Counted from the first letter of the stretch, positions 19,146 to 29,174 are shown. The stretch is DNA of 64,000 nucleotides from Candidatus Nitrospinota bacterium M3_3B_026 (GCA_051418015.1 JBPRGF010000029.1:145691-209690); one strand, 5' to 3'. The notes: generated from the sequence alone by a model not told the origin. Program-made: numbers and translations.

Positions 19146-20729
19146 ATGAAGGAATGGATATTCTCAACCGATCACAAGCGGATCGGGATAATGTACCTCG
19201 TGGGGTCGATGGCGGCCTTCGCCGTGGCCGGCATCATGGCCCTGCTCATCCGGGCCGAGCTGTGGAGCATCGGCCCCACGTTGACCGATGACGCCACCAA
19301 CTACAACGTGTGGCTATATTTCCATGGCGCGGCGATGATTTTGGCCTTTCTGATTCCCGGGCTGACCGGGTTTTTCGCCAACTATTTCGTGCCCATAATG
19401 ATAGGCGCGCCGGACGTGGCGTTCCCCAGGATCAACTCCCTGTCGCTCTGGCTGTTCTGGGCGGGTATTGTCCTTGCGCTCTTGACGTTCGTCGTTCCGA
19501 ACCCGCCGGACGTGATGTGGACGGGCTATCCGCCCTATTCGGTTCAGACGTCGGGCAACACGTCGTTTTACGTCTTCACGGTCCACCTGATGGGCTTTTC
19601 GTCGATCCTGGGCGCGGTGAACTTCCTTTGCACGATCATATACATGCGCGCTCCGGGGATGGGCTGGAACCAGCTTAACATCTTCGTCTGGACGACGGTC
19701 GCCGCTTTCGTCATCCAGCTGATCTTCATCCCGGTGCTGGCCGCGGCGGTCACCCTGGTGCTTCTGGACAAGTATTTCGGGACCACTTTCTTCGCGCCGG
19801 AGGCGGGCGGCGACGTGCTGCTTTACCAGAACCTGTTCTGGTTCTACTCCCACCCGGCGGTCTACGTCATCCTGCTGCCGGCCATGGGGCTGCTTTTCGA
19901 GATCATCTCCACCATGTCCAAGAACCCCGTGTTCAACTACAAGGTGGTCGTCTACGGCGGCATCTGGGGCGTGGTCGTGCTGGGGTCGGACGTTTGGGTC
20001 CACCACCTCTACACCTCCGGCATGGTCGACTGGCTGAGGATCGGCATGATGGTGACGACCCTGATAATATCCGTGCCGGTGGGGCTGATGATGATAAGCC
20101 TGGTAGGCACGCTGTACAGGGGCTCCATCAAGTTCAACACGGGGATGCTGTACGCCTCGTCGGTTCTCTTCCTGTTCCTGATCGGCGGGTTGACCGGCAT
20201 CCCCAACGCCATGACCTCGATAACGCTGCACCTGGCGGAGACCTACTTCGTCATGGCGCACTTCCACTACGTCATGGCCATATCGGCTGCCTTCGCCATC
20301 TTCGGCGGGGTCTACCACTGGTTCCCGAAGATGACCGGCAGGATGTACAACGAAGGGCTCGGCAAGCTCGCCTTCGTCATCCAGTTCCTGGGGGTGAACC
20401 TGACCTTCTGGCCCATGTTCCACCTGGGCGTGGACGGGATGCCGCGGAGGTACTACGACTACGCGATGTTCCCCGAGTTCGAGCCGCTTCACAAGCTGGC
20501 GACCGTGGGCGCCGTCCTTGTCGCGGTGGGAATGCTCCTTGTCGTGGTCAACTGGGTGTACGGCGCCTTCGCCGGACCGAAGGCCGAGGAGAACCCGTGG
20601 GGCGCGAAGTCGCTGGAGTGGACGCACGCCGTCTCCCCTCCGGGGCCCGGCAACTTCCCCACGCCGCCGTCGGTGGACGCGGAGTGGTCGCCCTACAATT
20701 ACGGTGGACACACCGCCTCCACGCTGTAG
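19146..20729 (+). CDS. coxA: Cytochrome c oxidase subunit I, A2-type
   Basis: TDHKRIG, FWFYSHPAVY (YS motif of the A2 subfamily), WVHH, AHFHY, GMPRR. Confidence 0.96.
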   Translation: MKEWIFSTDHKRIGIMYLVGSMAAFAVAGIMALLIRAELWSIGPTLTDDATNYNVWLYFHGAAMILAFLIPGLTGFFANYFVPIMIGAPDVAFPRINSLSLWLFWAGIVLALLTFVVPNPPDVMWTGYPPYSVQTSGNTSFYVFTVHLMGFSSILGAVNFLCTIIYMRAPGMGWNQLNIFVWTTVAAFVIQLIFIPVLAAAVTLVLLDKYFGTTFFAPEAGGDVLLYQNLFWFYSHPAVYVILLPAMGLLFEIISTMSKNPVFNYKVVVYGGIWGVVVLGSDVWVHHLYTSGMVDWLRIGMMVTTLIISVPVGLMMISLVGTLYRGSIKFNTGMLYASSVLFLFLIGGLTGIPNAMTSITLHLAETYFVMAHFHYVMAISAAFAIFGGVYHWFPKMTGRMYNEGLGKLAFVIQFLGVNLTFWPMFHLGVDGMPRRYYDYAMFPEFEPLHKLATVGAVLVAVGMLLVVVNWVYGAFAGPKAEENPWGAKSLEWTHAVSPPGPGNFPTPPSVDAEWSPYNYGGHTASTL

Positions 20730-20742
20730 AGACTGTGACCGT

Positions 20743-20787
20743 GGGACCCGGTTTCGCGAAACCCGAGGGCCGGGTCCCCGGTTTTTT
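20743..20787 (+). terminator. Probable intrinsic terminator after coxA
   Basis: GGGACCCGG (20743-51) pairs with CCGGGTCCC (20770-78), followed by TTTTTT. Confidence 0.6.
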
Positions 20788-20827
20788 ATGACTAAAATCA
20801 TGTTTTTTTCGGGCTGAAAGCATTTAA

Positions 20828-21754
20828 ATGTTAAGAATCCTGGAAATTTCGGACGAGCTGATGGAAAGAATTCTAGTGGGGCTTTCCATTCTATTTACCT
20901 ATCTGCTGATGGTCATGGGCAACGTCGTGACCACCACGGAGTCCGGCCTGGCCTGCCCCGACTGGCCGCTCTGCTACGGGACGGTCGTTCCGCCGTTCAA
21001 GACGCAGATATGGTTCGAGTGGGGCCACCGCCTGCTTGGCGGCGCCACCGGCTTTCTGATACTGGCCTCCACCGCCGCCGTGTGGCTCAAGAAACGCGGC
21101 GCGGCCAGCCGGTGGCTGACCACCTCGGCGCTCGGCCTGCTGGCCGTGGGGGTGGTCTTCGGCGGGGTGATCGTCCTGATCGAGGCGCCCCTGTTGCAGG
21201 GGACGCTGCACCTTGCGGTGGTCTCTTTTCACATCGTCCTGGCGACCATCATATTCACGCTCATGATCCTGGCCTTCCGCGGCCTTCCCGAGCCCGGAGA
21301 GCCGGCCGGGCGCGGAATCTATCCGCTGCTGTTCGCGGTGATCTTCGCGCAGGTGTTCATCGGGATACTGGTGCGTTACGGCCAGGCGTCGCTGGCCTGC
21401 CCGGATTTCCCCTTGTGCCAGGGGGAGCTTCTGCCGCCGCTGAACAGCTTCAAGGTCATGATTCACATGGCCCACCGCGCCACGGCTCTGGCGATTTTCC
21501 TGATAACCGGCTGGTATCTCGTCAGGGCCGTCAAGAGCGGGCATGACGTCAAAGGGGCGTCCATCACCTTCGGCCTCGTGATCGCCCAGGGGACGTTCGG
21601 CGCGCTGGTGGTGCTGAGCGGGATGTTTTTGCCATTCATAATCACTCACGGCGCCATGGGCTTCCTCCTCCTGGGATGGGTGACTTACAGATCGGCGCCG
21701 GACTTTCTTGCGAGCCGGGCCGGGCCCGAGACAGTGGGGGGAATCAGCGTATGA
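20828..21754 (+). CDS. ctaA: Heme A synthase (COX15/CtaA family)
   Basis: GLACPDWPLC, EWGHR, ACPDFPLC, HMAHR; multiple transmembrane helices. Confidence 0.92.
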   Translation: MLRILEISDELMERILVGLSILFTYLLMVMGNVVTTTESGLACPDWPLCYGTVVPPFKTQIWFEWGHRLLGGATGFLILASTAAVWLKKRGAASRWLTTSALGLLAVGVVFGGVIVLIEAPLLQGTLHLAVVSFHIVLATIIFTLMILAFRGLPEPGEPAGRGIYPLLFAVIFAQVFIGILVRYGQASLACPDFPLCQGELLPPLNSFKVMIHMAHRATALAIFLITGWYLVRAVKSGHDVKGASITFGLVIAQGTFGALVVLSGMFLPFIITHGAMGFLLLGWVTYRSAPDFLASRAGPETVGGISV

Positions 21755-22662
21755 TATACGGTCAGTCCACAACGGCGGCGCAGGCGGGGACCAGGGCGGA
21801 AAGCGAAGCCAAAGCCACGCTTGTAGACCTCGCCATACTGTTCAAACCCATGGTGCTGGCGCTGGTTCTCGTGGCCGCGCTGGCGGGCGCCTACATCGCC
21901 CAGAGAGGGCTGCCTCCGCTTCCCCTCGTCCTGTGGACGCTGTTCGGGACGGGGCTGGCCACGGCGGCCGCGGCGGCGCTCAACAACTACATCGACCGCG
22001 ACATAGACCTCATCATGAAACGGACGAGGGAGAGGGCCCTGCCGGCCGGGCTAGTGCGGCCGCGCTTTGCCCTCGCGGCGGGGTTTTCGATGGCCCTGCT
22101 CTCGGCGGCGGCGCTGACCTGGTTCGTCAACGCCGTGGCGGCGGCGCTCGCGATGGCGGCGCTTTTCATATACGTCGTCCCGTACACCCTGCTATCCAAG
22201 AGGCGCACGCCGCTCGCCACATTCATCGGCGGCGTGGGAGGCGCCCTGCCGCCGGTCATTGGCTACGCGGCGGTCAAGCCGGACCTCGACGCGCCGGCGC
22301 TCGTCCTGTTCCTGATAATCTTCGTCTGGCAGCATCCCCACTTCTGGACGCTGGGGCTCAAGTACAGGGAGGAATACGCAGCCGCCGGGGTGCGCAACCT
22401 GTGCGTGGTGGAGGGGCCCGCCGGGACCAAAAAGAGCATCGTCGTGTGGGCCGGGCTTCTGGCCGCGGCCTCTCTGACGCCTTACTGGCTGGGGATGGCG
22501 GGCGGCCTCTATCTTGCCGTCGCCGCCGTGATGGGGGTGGTCTTCCTGGCCATGTCGGTCTGGTTCCTCCTGTCGCCGCGCCGCGTGGCGATGAGCCTGT
22601 TCTTTTACTCCATCATCCACCTGCCCGCGCTCTACTGCGCCATGGTTGTGGATATACTCTGA
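21751..22662 (+). CDS. ctaB: Protoheme IX farnesyltransferase (heme O synthase)
   Basis: NNYIDRDIDLIMKRT..R, YT..KRRT, GALPP, WQHPHF. ATG 21751 overlaps the ctaA stop. Confidence 0.95.
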   Translation: MIYGQSTTAAQAGTRAESEAKATLVDLAILFKPMVLALVLVAALAGAYIAQRGLPPLPLVLWTLFGTGLATAAAAALNNYIDRDIDLIMKRTRERALPAGLVRPRFALAAGFSMALLSAAALTWFVNAVAAALAMAALFIYVVPYTLLSKRRTPLATFIGGVGGALPPVIGYAAVKPDLDAPALVLFLIIFVWQHPHFWTLGLKYREEYAAAGVRNLCVVEGPAGTKKSIVVWAGLLAAASLTPYWLGMAGGLYLAVAAVMGVVFLAMSVWFLLSPRRVAMSLFFYSIIHLPALYCAMVVDIL

Positions 22663-22800
22663 CCGGGTGTCCGCCCCGGCGCTCAGCGGGGCGGACGGCG
22701 GATTGAAAATCCCGCGGGTCCCCCGGAATGGGGATGAAACCCCGGAAAATTCCCGTAAAATAGCAGAAGTGAAAACCCACGACAAACAATCAGCGATTAA

Positions 22801-23676
22801 TTGACCGAAAAAGACTCGATCGTCTCGCCGCTGGGGGCCGCCCTGGCGGCCGCGGTGATTTTTCTCACGACGCAGGGCCATGCCCTGGCCGCGTCCGGAT
22901 CCGTGGAGCGGGGAAAGGAGTTGTACCTGAAGTACTGCTACCAGTGCCACGGCTTCGAGGGCAGGGGAGACGGCCCGGCGTCGATATACCAGGCCCGCAA
23001 ACCGCGCGATTTCACCGATGGCCTCTACAAGCTGAAGACAAGCGAGCCGGAATACATCGCCGTCCGCGACGAGGACCTCTTCAACGCCATAACCAACGGC
23101 ATGTCCGCCTCGGGAATGCCAAGGTGGGAAAACATACTGACGGAGCGGCAGCGATGGGACCTCGTCGCCTATGTGAAATCGCTCTCGGAAGTTTTCGAGG
23201 AGGAGCCGGACCCGCCCCCCCTGGACCTCGGCGGCAGGGTCCCCTACACCGAGGAGAGCGTGGAAAGGGGCAAGTGGGCCTACCTTGAGTTCAAGTGCGA
23301 CGAGTGCCATGGCCCGGAAGGACGGGGGCGCGCCATAAAGCTGCTGAAGGACGACTACGGCTACAGGATATGGCCCCGCGACCTGACGAAGCCGTGGACT
23401 TACATAGGATCGAGCGAGCCAGAGGGCGTATACGCCCGCGTCACCAACGGCATCCCTCTCACGCCGATGCCGTCGTTTTACAAGCAAGGGCAGGAGGATG
23501 TCTACAAGCGCAAGAGGTGGGACGTGGTCAACTACGTCAGGTGGATGACCGAGGAGGCGGAGAAAAAACGCCGGAGATGGCGCATAGAGATGGGGATATT
23601 CGCAGGGTTGGCCGCCGTCCTGCTTTTGATATACGCACGGCCCGTGATTTCACGGTACCTCGGGGGCGGAAAATAA
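22801..23676 (+). CDS. Membrane-anchored diheme c-type cytochrome
   Basis: Signal peptide; CYQCH...PRDF...GMP and CDECH...PRDL...PMP (Met axial ligands); C-terminal transmembrane helix. Confidence 0.88.
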   Translation: MTEKDSIVSPLGAALAAAVIFLTTQGHALAASGSVERGKELYLKYCYQCHGFEGRGDGPASIYQARKPRDFTDGLYKLKTSEPEYIAVRDEDLFNAITNGMSASGMPRWENILTERQRWDLVAYVKSLSEVFEEEPDPPPLDLGGRVPYTEESVERGKWAYLEFKCDECHGPEGRGRAIKLLKDDYGYRIWPRDLTKPWTYIGSSEPEGVYARVTNGIPLTPMPSFYKQGQEDVYKRKRWDVVNYVRWMTEEAEKKRRRWRIEMGIFAGLAAVLLLIYARPVISRYLGGGK

Positions 23677-23714
23677 AGGAGGGCTCTACAGCCGCAGGGA
23701 GGTTTTTTAGGATC

Positions 23715-23837
23715 ATGACAGAAAAGAGAAAGAAACCGCTTATCTCAAGGAACGCGCTGGTGATTATCATCATAGCCGTGGTGATATCCATAGCGGTCAT
23801 CTTCACCCTGAGGGTGACGACGCACGGGCCCATGTAG
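23715..23837 (+). CDS. Small single-transmembrane protein (40 aa)
   Basis: MTEKRKKPLISRNALVIIIIAVVISIAVIFTLRVTTHGPM, preceded by GGAGG and downstream of the cytochrome gene. Confidence 0.5.
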   Translation: MTEKRKKPLISRNALVIIIIAVVISIAVIFTLRVTTHGPM

Positions 23838-23939
23838 CCGCCCGCCGCTGTTCCCTTTCCGGCCGGATTTGGGCTATCCTCAATCCACGAAAAGGGTGTT
23901 CGCGGGCGAAAAGCCGTGAGAGGCGGGTTACTGTATTCT

Positions 23940-24013
23940 TGTCATTCGGAGCGAAGCGAAGAATCCTGCTGTTTCACCATGGGCGAGATGCTTCGCTGGC
24001 GCTCAGCATGACA
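23940..24013. repeat. Palindromic intergenic element (TGTCAT...ATGACA family), copy 1
   Basis: TGTCATTCGGAGCGAAGCGAAGAATCC...GAGATGCTTCGCTGGCGCTCAGCATGACA; inverted ends; related to 33592-33706 and 63334-63362. Confidence 0.7.
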
Positions 24014-24074
24014 TTGCAAGAGGGCAATGTCATCCAGTCCTCTAATGAAAATCCGTCCTTTTTTCAACGACCTG

Positions 24075-24986
24075 TCAAGGCGGCCCGTCTTTTTTCTCCA
24101 CCCTCGAGGTGAGCCAGTAGACGGCGCCGAGGATGAGCACCGAGCCGACCAGCACCGCGTCGGCCTTCCAGTCGCTCTCCTCTATGGAGGCGATCAGCAC
24201 CCGGCGCAGCTCCGCCACCAGCGCCACGGTGACGAAGACCTTGACGGCGAAGGCGCGCCCCTTGATATGCCCTATCTGGGTGTCCAGAAGCTCCACCACC
24301 ACCCACAGGATCAGGATGGTCCCCAGGGCGCTCAGCACGCCCCGCTCGGGCACGTCGGAGAGCAGATGCCCTATGTCCCGGAAGGCTAGCCCCAGCGTCA
24401 GCATCCCGATGACGACCAGGGCCAGCACCAGCGCCATGTTGAACCCGCGGCTGATCCACTTGGCGAACTTTATTATCCCGCTGTCCAGCCTCTGGGTGAG
24501 GAAGTTGACCCTCAGCTCCTCCTCCCGGTAGGAGCGGGTCATCAGGTCCAGGTTCAGGTCCAGTATCTTGTTCAGGGACGAGATGGCGTGGGAGGCGGTC
24601 TCCGGGCTGTCGCCGTAGCGCCAGCGGATCATGTCCGCCAGGGTTTCCCGGAGCCTGCCCATCGCGATGTTGACGTGATAGGCGGGCAAGCCGATGCGCA
24701 CATGGGTTCCTCCCGCCCTGCTGACCTTTATGTAATAGGCCTCCGTGTACTCGCCGGAGACGAGATCCTCGAACCAGCCAATGAATGCCCGCCGCGCCCT
24801 CTCCAGAACAACCTCGTCCTTGAAAAAGCCCGCCGTCTCGTCGGCGGCCAGGAGCTTGGAGTAGTGGTAATCGGCGATCTCCTCTTTGCGTTCGTTCAAA
24901 AAGCCGGAGACCATCTTGATGTTCTTGATGTCAGCGCCGGTTATTTTGTAATCGGAAAGAAGCCTGGCTATTTCGGTCATTTTCAT
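24075..24986 (-). CDS. Protoglobin-like sensor globin fused to a PsiE-family membrane domain
   Basis: Globin part (IADYHY..L...WFEDL..GEY...GGTHVRIGLP...KILDLNL) followed by four transmembrane helices with ILWVVVELL...ALVAELRRVL (PsiE-like). Confidence 0.8.
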   Translation of the reverse strand: MKMTEIARLLSDYKITGADIKNIKMVSGFLNERKEEIADYHYSKLLAADETAGFFKDEVVLERARRAFIGWFEDLVSGEYTEAYYIKVSRAGGTHVRIGLPAYHVNIAMGRLRETLADMIRWRYGDSPETASHAISSLNKILDLNLDLMTRSYREEELRVNFLTQRLDSGIIKFAKWISRGFNMALVLALVVIGMLTLGLAFRDIGHLLSDVPERGVLSALGTILILWVVVELLDTQIGHIKGRAFAVKVFVTVALVAELRRVLIASIEESDWKADAVLVGSVLILGAVYWLTSRVEKKDGPP

Positions 24987-25064
24987 CCTCTCATGTCATT
25001 GGCCGCGGCTCCCGTGATTTTACCACCCGCCGGAGCCTCCCCTCGCTGGCGGAAATTTTTTTTT

Positions 25065-26108
25065 TCAGCCGTTCCCGGCCGCGGCCGCCAGTTTCGTCTT
25101 CGTCAGCAGGATCCGCCCCAGCCGCGCCCTGGCCTCATCTTCCGGCAGCTCGCCGCCGATCATCATCCGCCGCGCCGTCTCGCGGGCGGTCTCGGCGCGC
25201 CGCTCATCGTGGCAGACCAGAAGCATGTCCACCCCCGCTGCCAGGGCAAGGCGCGCCGCCTCGTCATCGGCCCATCCCTGGGATATCGCCTTCATGTCCA
25301 TGTCGTCGGAGATGACTATCCCGCCGTAGCCTATCTTTTCACGCAGAAGGCCGGTCACGATTTTTTTCGAAAGCGTCGCCGGGAGCTTTTCGTCGAAGGC
25401 GGGATAGACGACGTGCGCCGTCATCACGAAAGGCGCCCCCTCCTCCGCGGCCATCATGAACGGGCGAAGCTCCGCCTCCTCGAACCGCGCCGCGGGCCGG
25501 GCGTCGACGGGGAGGGCGAGGTGGCTGTCCAGGCTTGTGCCGCCATGGCCGGGGAAATGCTTGGCGCAGGACAGAACCCCACCGTCCGCCAGCCCGCGGA
25601 GGGCGGCGCGCCCGAGTTTTATAACGGCGTCCGCGTCCGGGGCGAAGGCCCTGTCGCCTATCACCGGGTTGGCCGGGTTCGTGTCGAGGTCCAGGACGGG
25701 CGCGAAGTCGACGTTGACGCCGATCTGTCTTAGCGCGTCCCCCATCGCCGCGTAAGTCTTCCGCGCAAGCTCCTCGCCCCCGTCCTCTCCCAGCGTCCGG
25801 GCGGTGGGGAACGCCGGGAGATCGCCCGGCAGCCGCGACACGCGCCCCCCCTCCTGATCGACGCAGACGAAGAGGGGGAGGCCGTTCGTGTCCTCGCCGA
25901 GTTTTTTCAGGTCGGCGGTCAGCGCGGCGGCCTGCTCCCTGCTCTTGATGTTGCGGGAGAAGAGAATGACACCCGCCGGGGCCAGCCTCCTGAGCCACGC
26001 GCCCAGGGCGGGGGTGTAGCGCGTCCCCTCGAACCCGGTGATGAGGGTCTGCCCGGCCGCCTCATCGGGGCCCGCGGAGTCTTTGAAGCGCGAAATTTCA
26101 TCCATCAT
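25065..26108 (-). CDS. nagZ: Beta-N-acetylhexosaminidase (GH3)
   Basis: GVILFSRN, VDQEGGRVSR, FAPVLD, KHFPGHG..DSH, SDDMDM. Confidence 0.93.
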   Translation of the reverse strand: MMDEISRFKDSAGPDEAAGQTLITGFEGTRYTPALGAWLRRLAPAGVILFSRNIKSREQAAALTADLKKLGEDTNGLPLFVCVDQEGGRVSRLPGDLPAFPTARTLGEDGGEELARKTYAAMGDALRQIGVNVDFAPVLDLDTNPANPVIGDRAFAPDADAVIKLGRAALRGLADGGVLSCAKHFPGHGGTSLDSHLALPVDARPAARFEEAELRPFMMAAEEGAPFVMTAHVVYPAFDEKLPATLSKKIVTGLLREKIGYGGIVISDDMDMKAISQGWADDEAARLALAAGVDMLLVCHDERRAETARETARRMMIGGELPEDEARARLGRILLTKTKLAAAAGNG

Positions 26109-26290
26109 GAAAAAACACTCTTGCGCTGAACGCGAAAATCATTACAATACCGTGGACGATGTTACTAGCCGCCACCGGTTAAAAGCAACGCCCCTTTCAA
26201 CTGGGAGGGGACAGGGTCGCGCCAGGCAAGCCACCGCCTTTCGGACCTTTTACGGGAAAGACCACGAATTTTCGAGGAGTTTTTCAGGTC

Positions 26291-29170
26291 TTGCGTTTTT
26301 TGAGAGTGTGGCCCCTGGCGGCGCTGGGTCTTCTCCTGGCGGCGCTTTCCCAGACATCCGCCCACGCCCAGGGTTTCGGCGTCGGCCGCCTGATATCCCC
26401 CGGCGACCTTGCCGCCTCCCACGAGGACTTCGACTCCATCACCAAGTGCATAGAGTGCCACGACCTCAAAGGCGGCGTGAACGAGGCGAAATGCCTCAAA
26501 TGTCATGAAAACATAAGGGCCTCCGCCCTGGCGGAGCGGGGCTACCATGGCCACAAAAGCGTCCGGTCCAAAAAATGCGTCGAGTGCCACCCGGACCACA
26601 AGGGCAAAAGTTTCTACATGATCGTCTGGCCCGACGGGCGGCGAGACAAGTTCGACCATGACCTGACCGGCTATCCGCTGAAAGCCAAGCATGACATAAA
26701 AAAGTGCGGGAAATGCCACACTCAGAAGACCGAGAAGGGCGCCATCACCTACATCGGCGCCGGGCGGGACTGCGTCTCGTGCCATGACGATGTCCACAAA
26801 AAGACCCTCGGCGAAAAATGCGGGGAATGCCACGACAACTTCCGCTCCTGGAAGGGGCAGGACGTAAAGTTCGACCATGACAGGCGGAGCGAGTATCCGC
26901 TGAAGGGCGCCCACGCGAAGGTCCAGTGCGAAAAGTGCCACGAGCGCCGCGCGCCGGAGGAGGCGGTCTTCAAGGTCCGGGCCCATGAGAAATGCCTGAC
27001 CTGCCACAAAAAAGACGACGTCCACAAAGGCACGCTGGGCGAAAAGTGCGAGTCCTGCCACGTGGAGGCCAGCTGGAAAAAAGTACGATTCAACCACGAC
27101 AAGACGAAGTATCCGCTGAAGGGCGCGCACCTCGACGCGAAGTGCGACTCCTGCCACCCGAAGGCGAAAAAGGGCGTCTACAAAGTCGAGCGCTACGACA
27201 CCTGCTCCGCCACCGGTTGCCACGACACGCCTCGGCGCGGCGACATCCACGGGACGCAGTTCAAAGACAAAAAGTGCGGCGACTGCCATACCGAGAAGGG
27301 ATGGAAGCCGACGACCTTCCGGCATGACGACCCGGCCTACAAAGGCTACAGGCTCGAAGGCAAGCACGCCGAGGCCAAGTGTGAAAAATGCCACGGGCCC
27401 ACGGGGGAGGTCGTCCGGTACAAAAAGCCGATGCTCGTGTTCCATTACCGGCCCATCGACGCCTCCCGCTGCTCGAACGCCGGCTGCCACGACACGAGGG
27501 CGCGCGGCGCGATCCATGGCGAGCAGTTCGCGGACAGAAAGTGCGGCGAGTGCCACACGGAAAAGGGGTGGAAGCCGTCCACCTTCCGGCATGACGATCC
27601 GGCCTACAAAGGCTACAGGCTCGAAGGCAAGCACGCGAAGGTCAAGTGCGAGAAATGCCACGCGAAGGATCGGACGGGCTCCGTTGTCTACCGGCCGATA
27701 AAGAGCGACAGCTGCTCGAACGCCGGCTGCCACGACACGAGGGCGCGCGGCGCGATCCACGGCGACCAGTTCACGGACAGAAAGTGCGGCGACTGCCACA
27801 CCGAGAAGGGGTGGAAACCGACGACCTTCCGCCACGACGACCCGGCCTACAAGGGTTACAAGCTCGAAGGCAAGCACGCCGAGGTCAAATGCGAAAAATG
27901 CCACGCGAAGGACAGGCGCGGCGCCGTTGTCTACCGGCCGATAAAGAGCGACAGCTGTTCGAACACTGGTTGCCACGATACGGCCGAGCGCGGCGCGATC
28001 CACGGCGACCAGTTCACGGACAGAAAGTGCGGCGACTGCCACACCGAAAAGGGGTGGAAACCGACAACCTTCCGGCACGACGACCCGGCCTACAAGGGTT
28101 ACAAGCTCGAAGGCAAGCACGCCGAGGTCAAATGCGAAAAATGCCACGCGAAGGACAGGCGCGGCGCCGTTGTCTACCGGCCGATAAAGCATGACCGGTG
28201 CGGCTCGTCCTCCTGCCACTCCGATCCGCACAAGGGCGTCCTCGATCCGCGGCGCTGCGAGGAGTGCCACACGGAGCGGGACTGGAAGGACATGAAGACC
28301 CTGTTCGACCACACCTTCGACACCCGCTACCCGCTGACCGGCAAGCATCGGGAGGCGAAATGCGAAAAGTGCCACGAGAACAAGCGCTGGAAGCCGGTCT
28401 CCATGGACTGCCTCGCCTGCCATAGAAAAGACGACGAGCACAAAGGCAAATACGGCTCCGAGTGCCAGGAATGCCACACCACCGCCACGTGGAGCCCGAA
28501 ATCGATCGCCCACGAGCTGACCGGTTTCCCCCTGACGCAGACCCACGCCCAGCTCGTCTGCGCCGACTGCCACACCAAGGGCGAGGGCGACTTCTCCGGG
28601 CTGGGGCCGGACTGCACGCAGTGTCACAGCGACCCGCATTTCAACCAGATGGGCAGGCTCTGCGCCGACTGCCACACGATGCGCAATTGGGAGCCGATGA
28701 AGTTCAAACATTCGCTCACCGGCTTCCGGCTGGAAGGCGGGCACAGGTTCGCCGACTGCGCCGACTGTCATAAAGGCAGGGTCTACAGGAACGTTCCCAC
28801 GGACTGCCTGTTCTGCCACCGGGACGATTTCTTCAGCCCTACGGCCACACAGTTCCACACGGCTGGGAACGTCGACTGCATGGAGTGCCATTCCGTCTAC
28901 TCCTGGTACCCGGCCCGGGGAGTGTCCCACAAGATAATGACCTTCACCGGCGCGCACCAGAGGATAAAGAACGACTGCGCCGCCTGCCACACCACCGGAG
29001 CCGACAACCGCTACGGCCTGAAGTGGCCCGGCGCGGCCTACGAGCAGGACTGCCACCTCTGCCACATGGCCGACTACAACAAGGAACACACGACGTGCCC
29101 CCAGACCTGCGACCTATGCCACAGCACATCGGCCTGGGGCAGCGTCCGGCCGACGATACCGTGCGACTGA
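26291..29170 (+). CDS. Very large exported multiheme c-type cytochrome (31 CxxCH + 5 CxxxxCH)
   Basis: Signal peptide ending AHA-Q, SPGDLAASH, repeated FDH...YPLxGxH...CxxCH modules. Motifs counted by hand; start codon is TTG. Confidence 0.92.
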   Translation: MRFLRVWPLAALGLLLAALSQTSAHAQGFGVGRLISPGDLAASHEDFDSITKCIECHDLKGGVNEAKCLKCHENIRASALAERGYHGHKSVRSKKCVECHPDHKGKSFYMIVWPDGRRDKFDHDLTGYPLKAKHDIKKCGKCHTQKTEKGAITYIGAGRDCVSCHDDVHKKTLGEKCGECHDNFRSWKGQDVKFDHDRRSEYPLKGAHAKVQCEKCHERRAPEEAVFKVRAHEKCLTCHKKDDVHKGTLGEKCESCHVEASWKKVRFNHDKTKYPLKGAHLDAKCDSCHPKAKKGVYKVERYDTCSATGCHDTPRRGDIHGTQFKDKKCGDCHTEKGWKPTTFRHDDPAYKGYRLEGKHAEAKCEKCHGPTGEVVRYKKPMLVFHYRPIDASRCSNAGCHDTRARGAIHGEQFADRKCGECHTEKGWKPSTFRHDDPAYKGYRLEGKHAKVKCEKCHAKDRTGSVVYRPIKSDSCSNAGCHDTRARGAIHGDQFTDRKCGDCHTEKGWKPTTFRHDDPAYKGYKLEGKHAEVKCEKCHAKDRRGAVVYRPIKSDSCSNTGCHDTAERGAIHGDQFTDRKCGDCHTEKGWKPTTFRHDDPAYKGYKLEGKHAEVKCEKCHAKDRRGAVVYRPIKHDRCGSSSCHSDPHKGVLDPRRCEECHTERDWKDMKTLFDHTFDTRYPLTGKHREAKCEKCHENKRWKPVSMDCLACHRKDDEHKGKYGSECQECHTTATWSPKSIAHELTGFPLTQTHAQLVCADCHTKGEGDFSGLGPDCTQCHSDPHFNQMGRLCADCHTMRNWEPMKFKHSLTGFRLEGGHRFADCADCHKGRVYRNVPTDCLFCHRDDFFSPTATQFHTAGNVDCMECHSVYSWYPARGVSHKIMTFTGAHQRIKNDCAACHTTGADNRYGLKWPGAAYEQDCHLCHMADYNKEHTTCPQTCDLCHSTSAWGSVRPTIPCD
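27203..28198 (+). repeat. Four intragenic tandem repeat units (267, 243, 243, 243 bp), each encoding three heme motifs
   Basis: The first Cys codons of the CxxxxCH motifs fall at 27203, 27470, 27713, 27956 and 28199; units 3 and 4 are near-identical at DNA level. Confidence 0.9.
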
Positions 29171-29174
29171 AACA

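Noticed and set aside
22669..22696. Terminator after ctaB (GTCCGCCCC/GGGGCGGAC hairpin)
   Set aside because: Strong stem but no U-tract on either strand, so its function cannot be assigned.
27203..28198. Possible CRISPR array or non-coding repeat
   Set aside because: Units are 243-267 bp, in frame and protein-coding, with no unique spacers; no cas genes in the window.
26165..29089. 974-aa minus-strand ORF with internal repeats
   Set aside because: Antisense shadow of the multiheme cytochrome; its repeats simply mirror the + strand gene.
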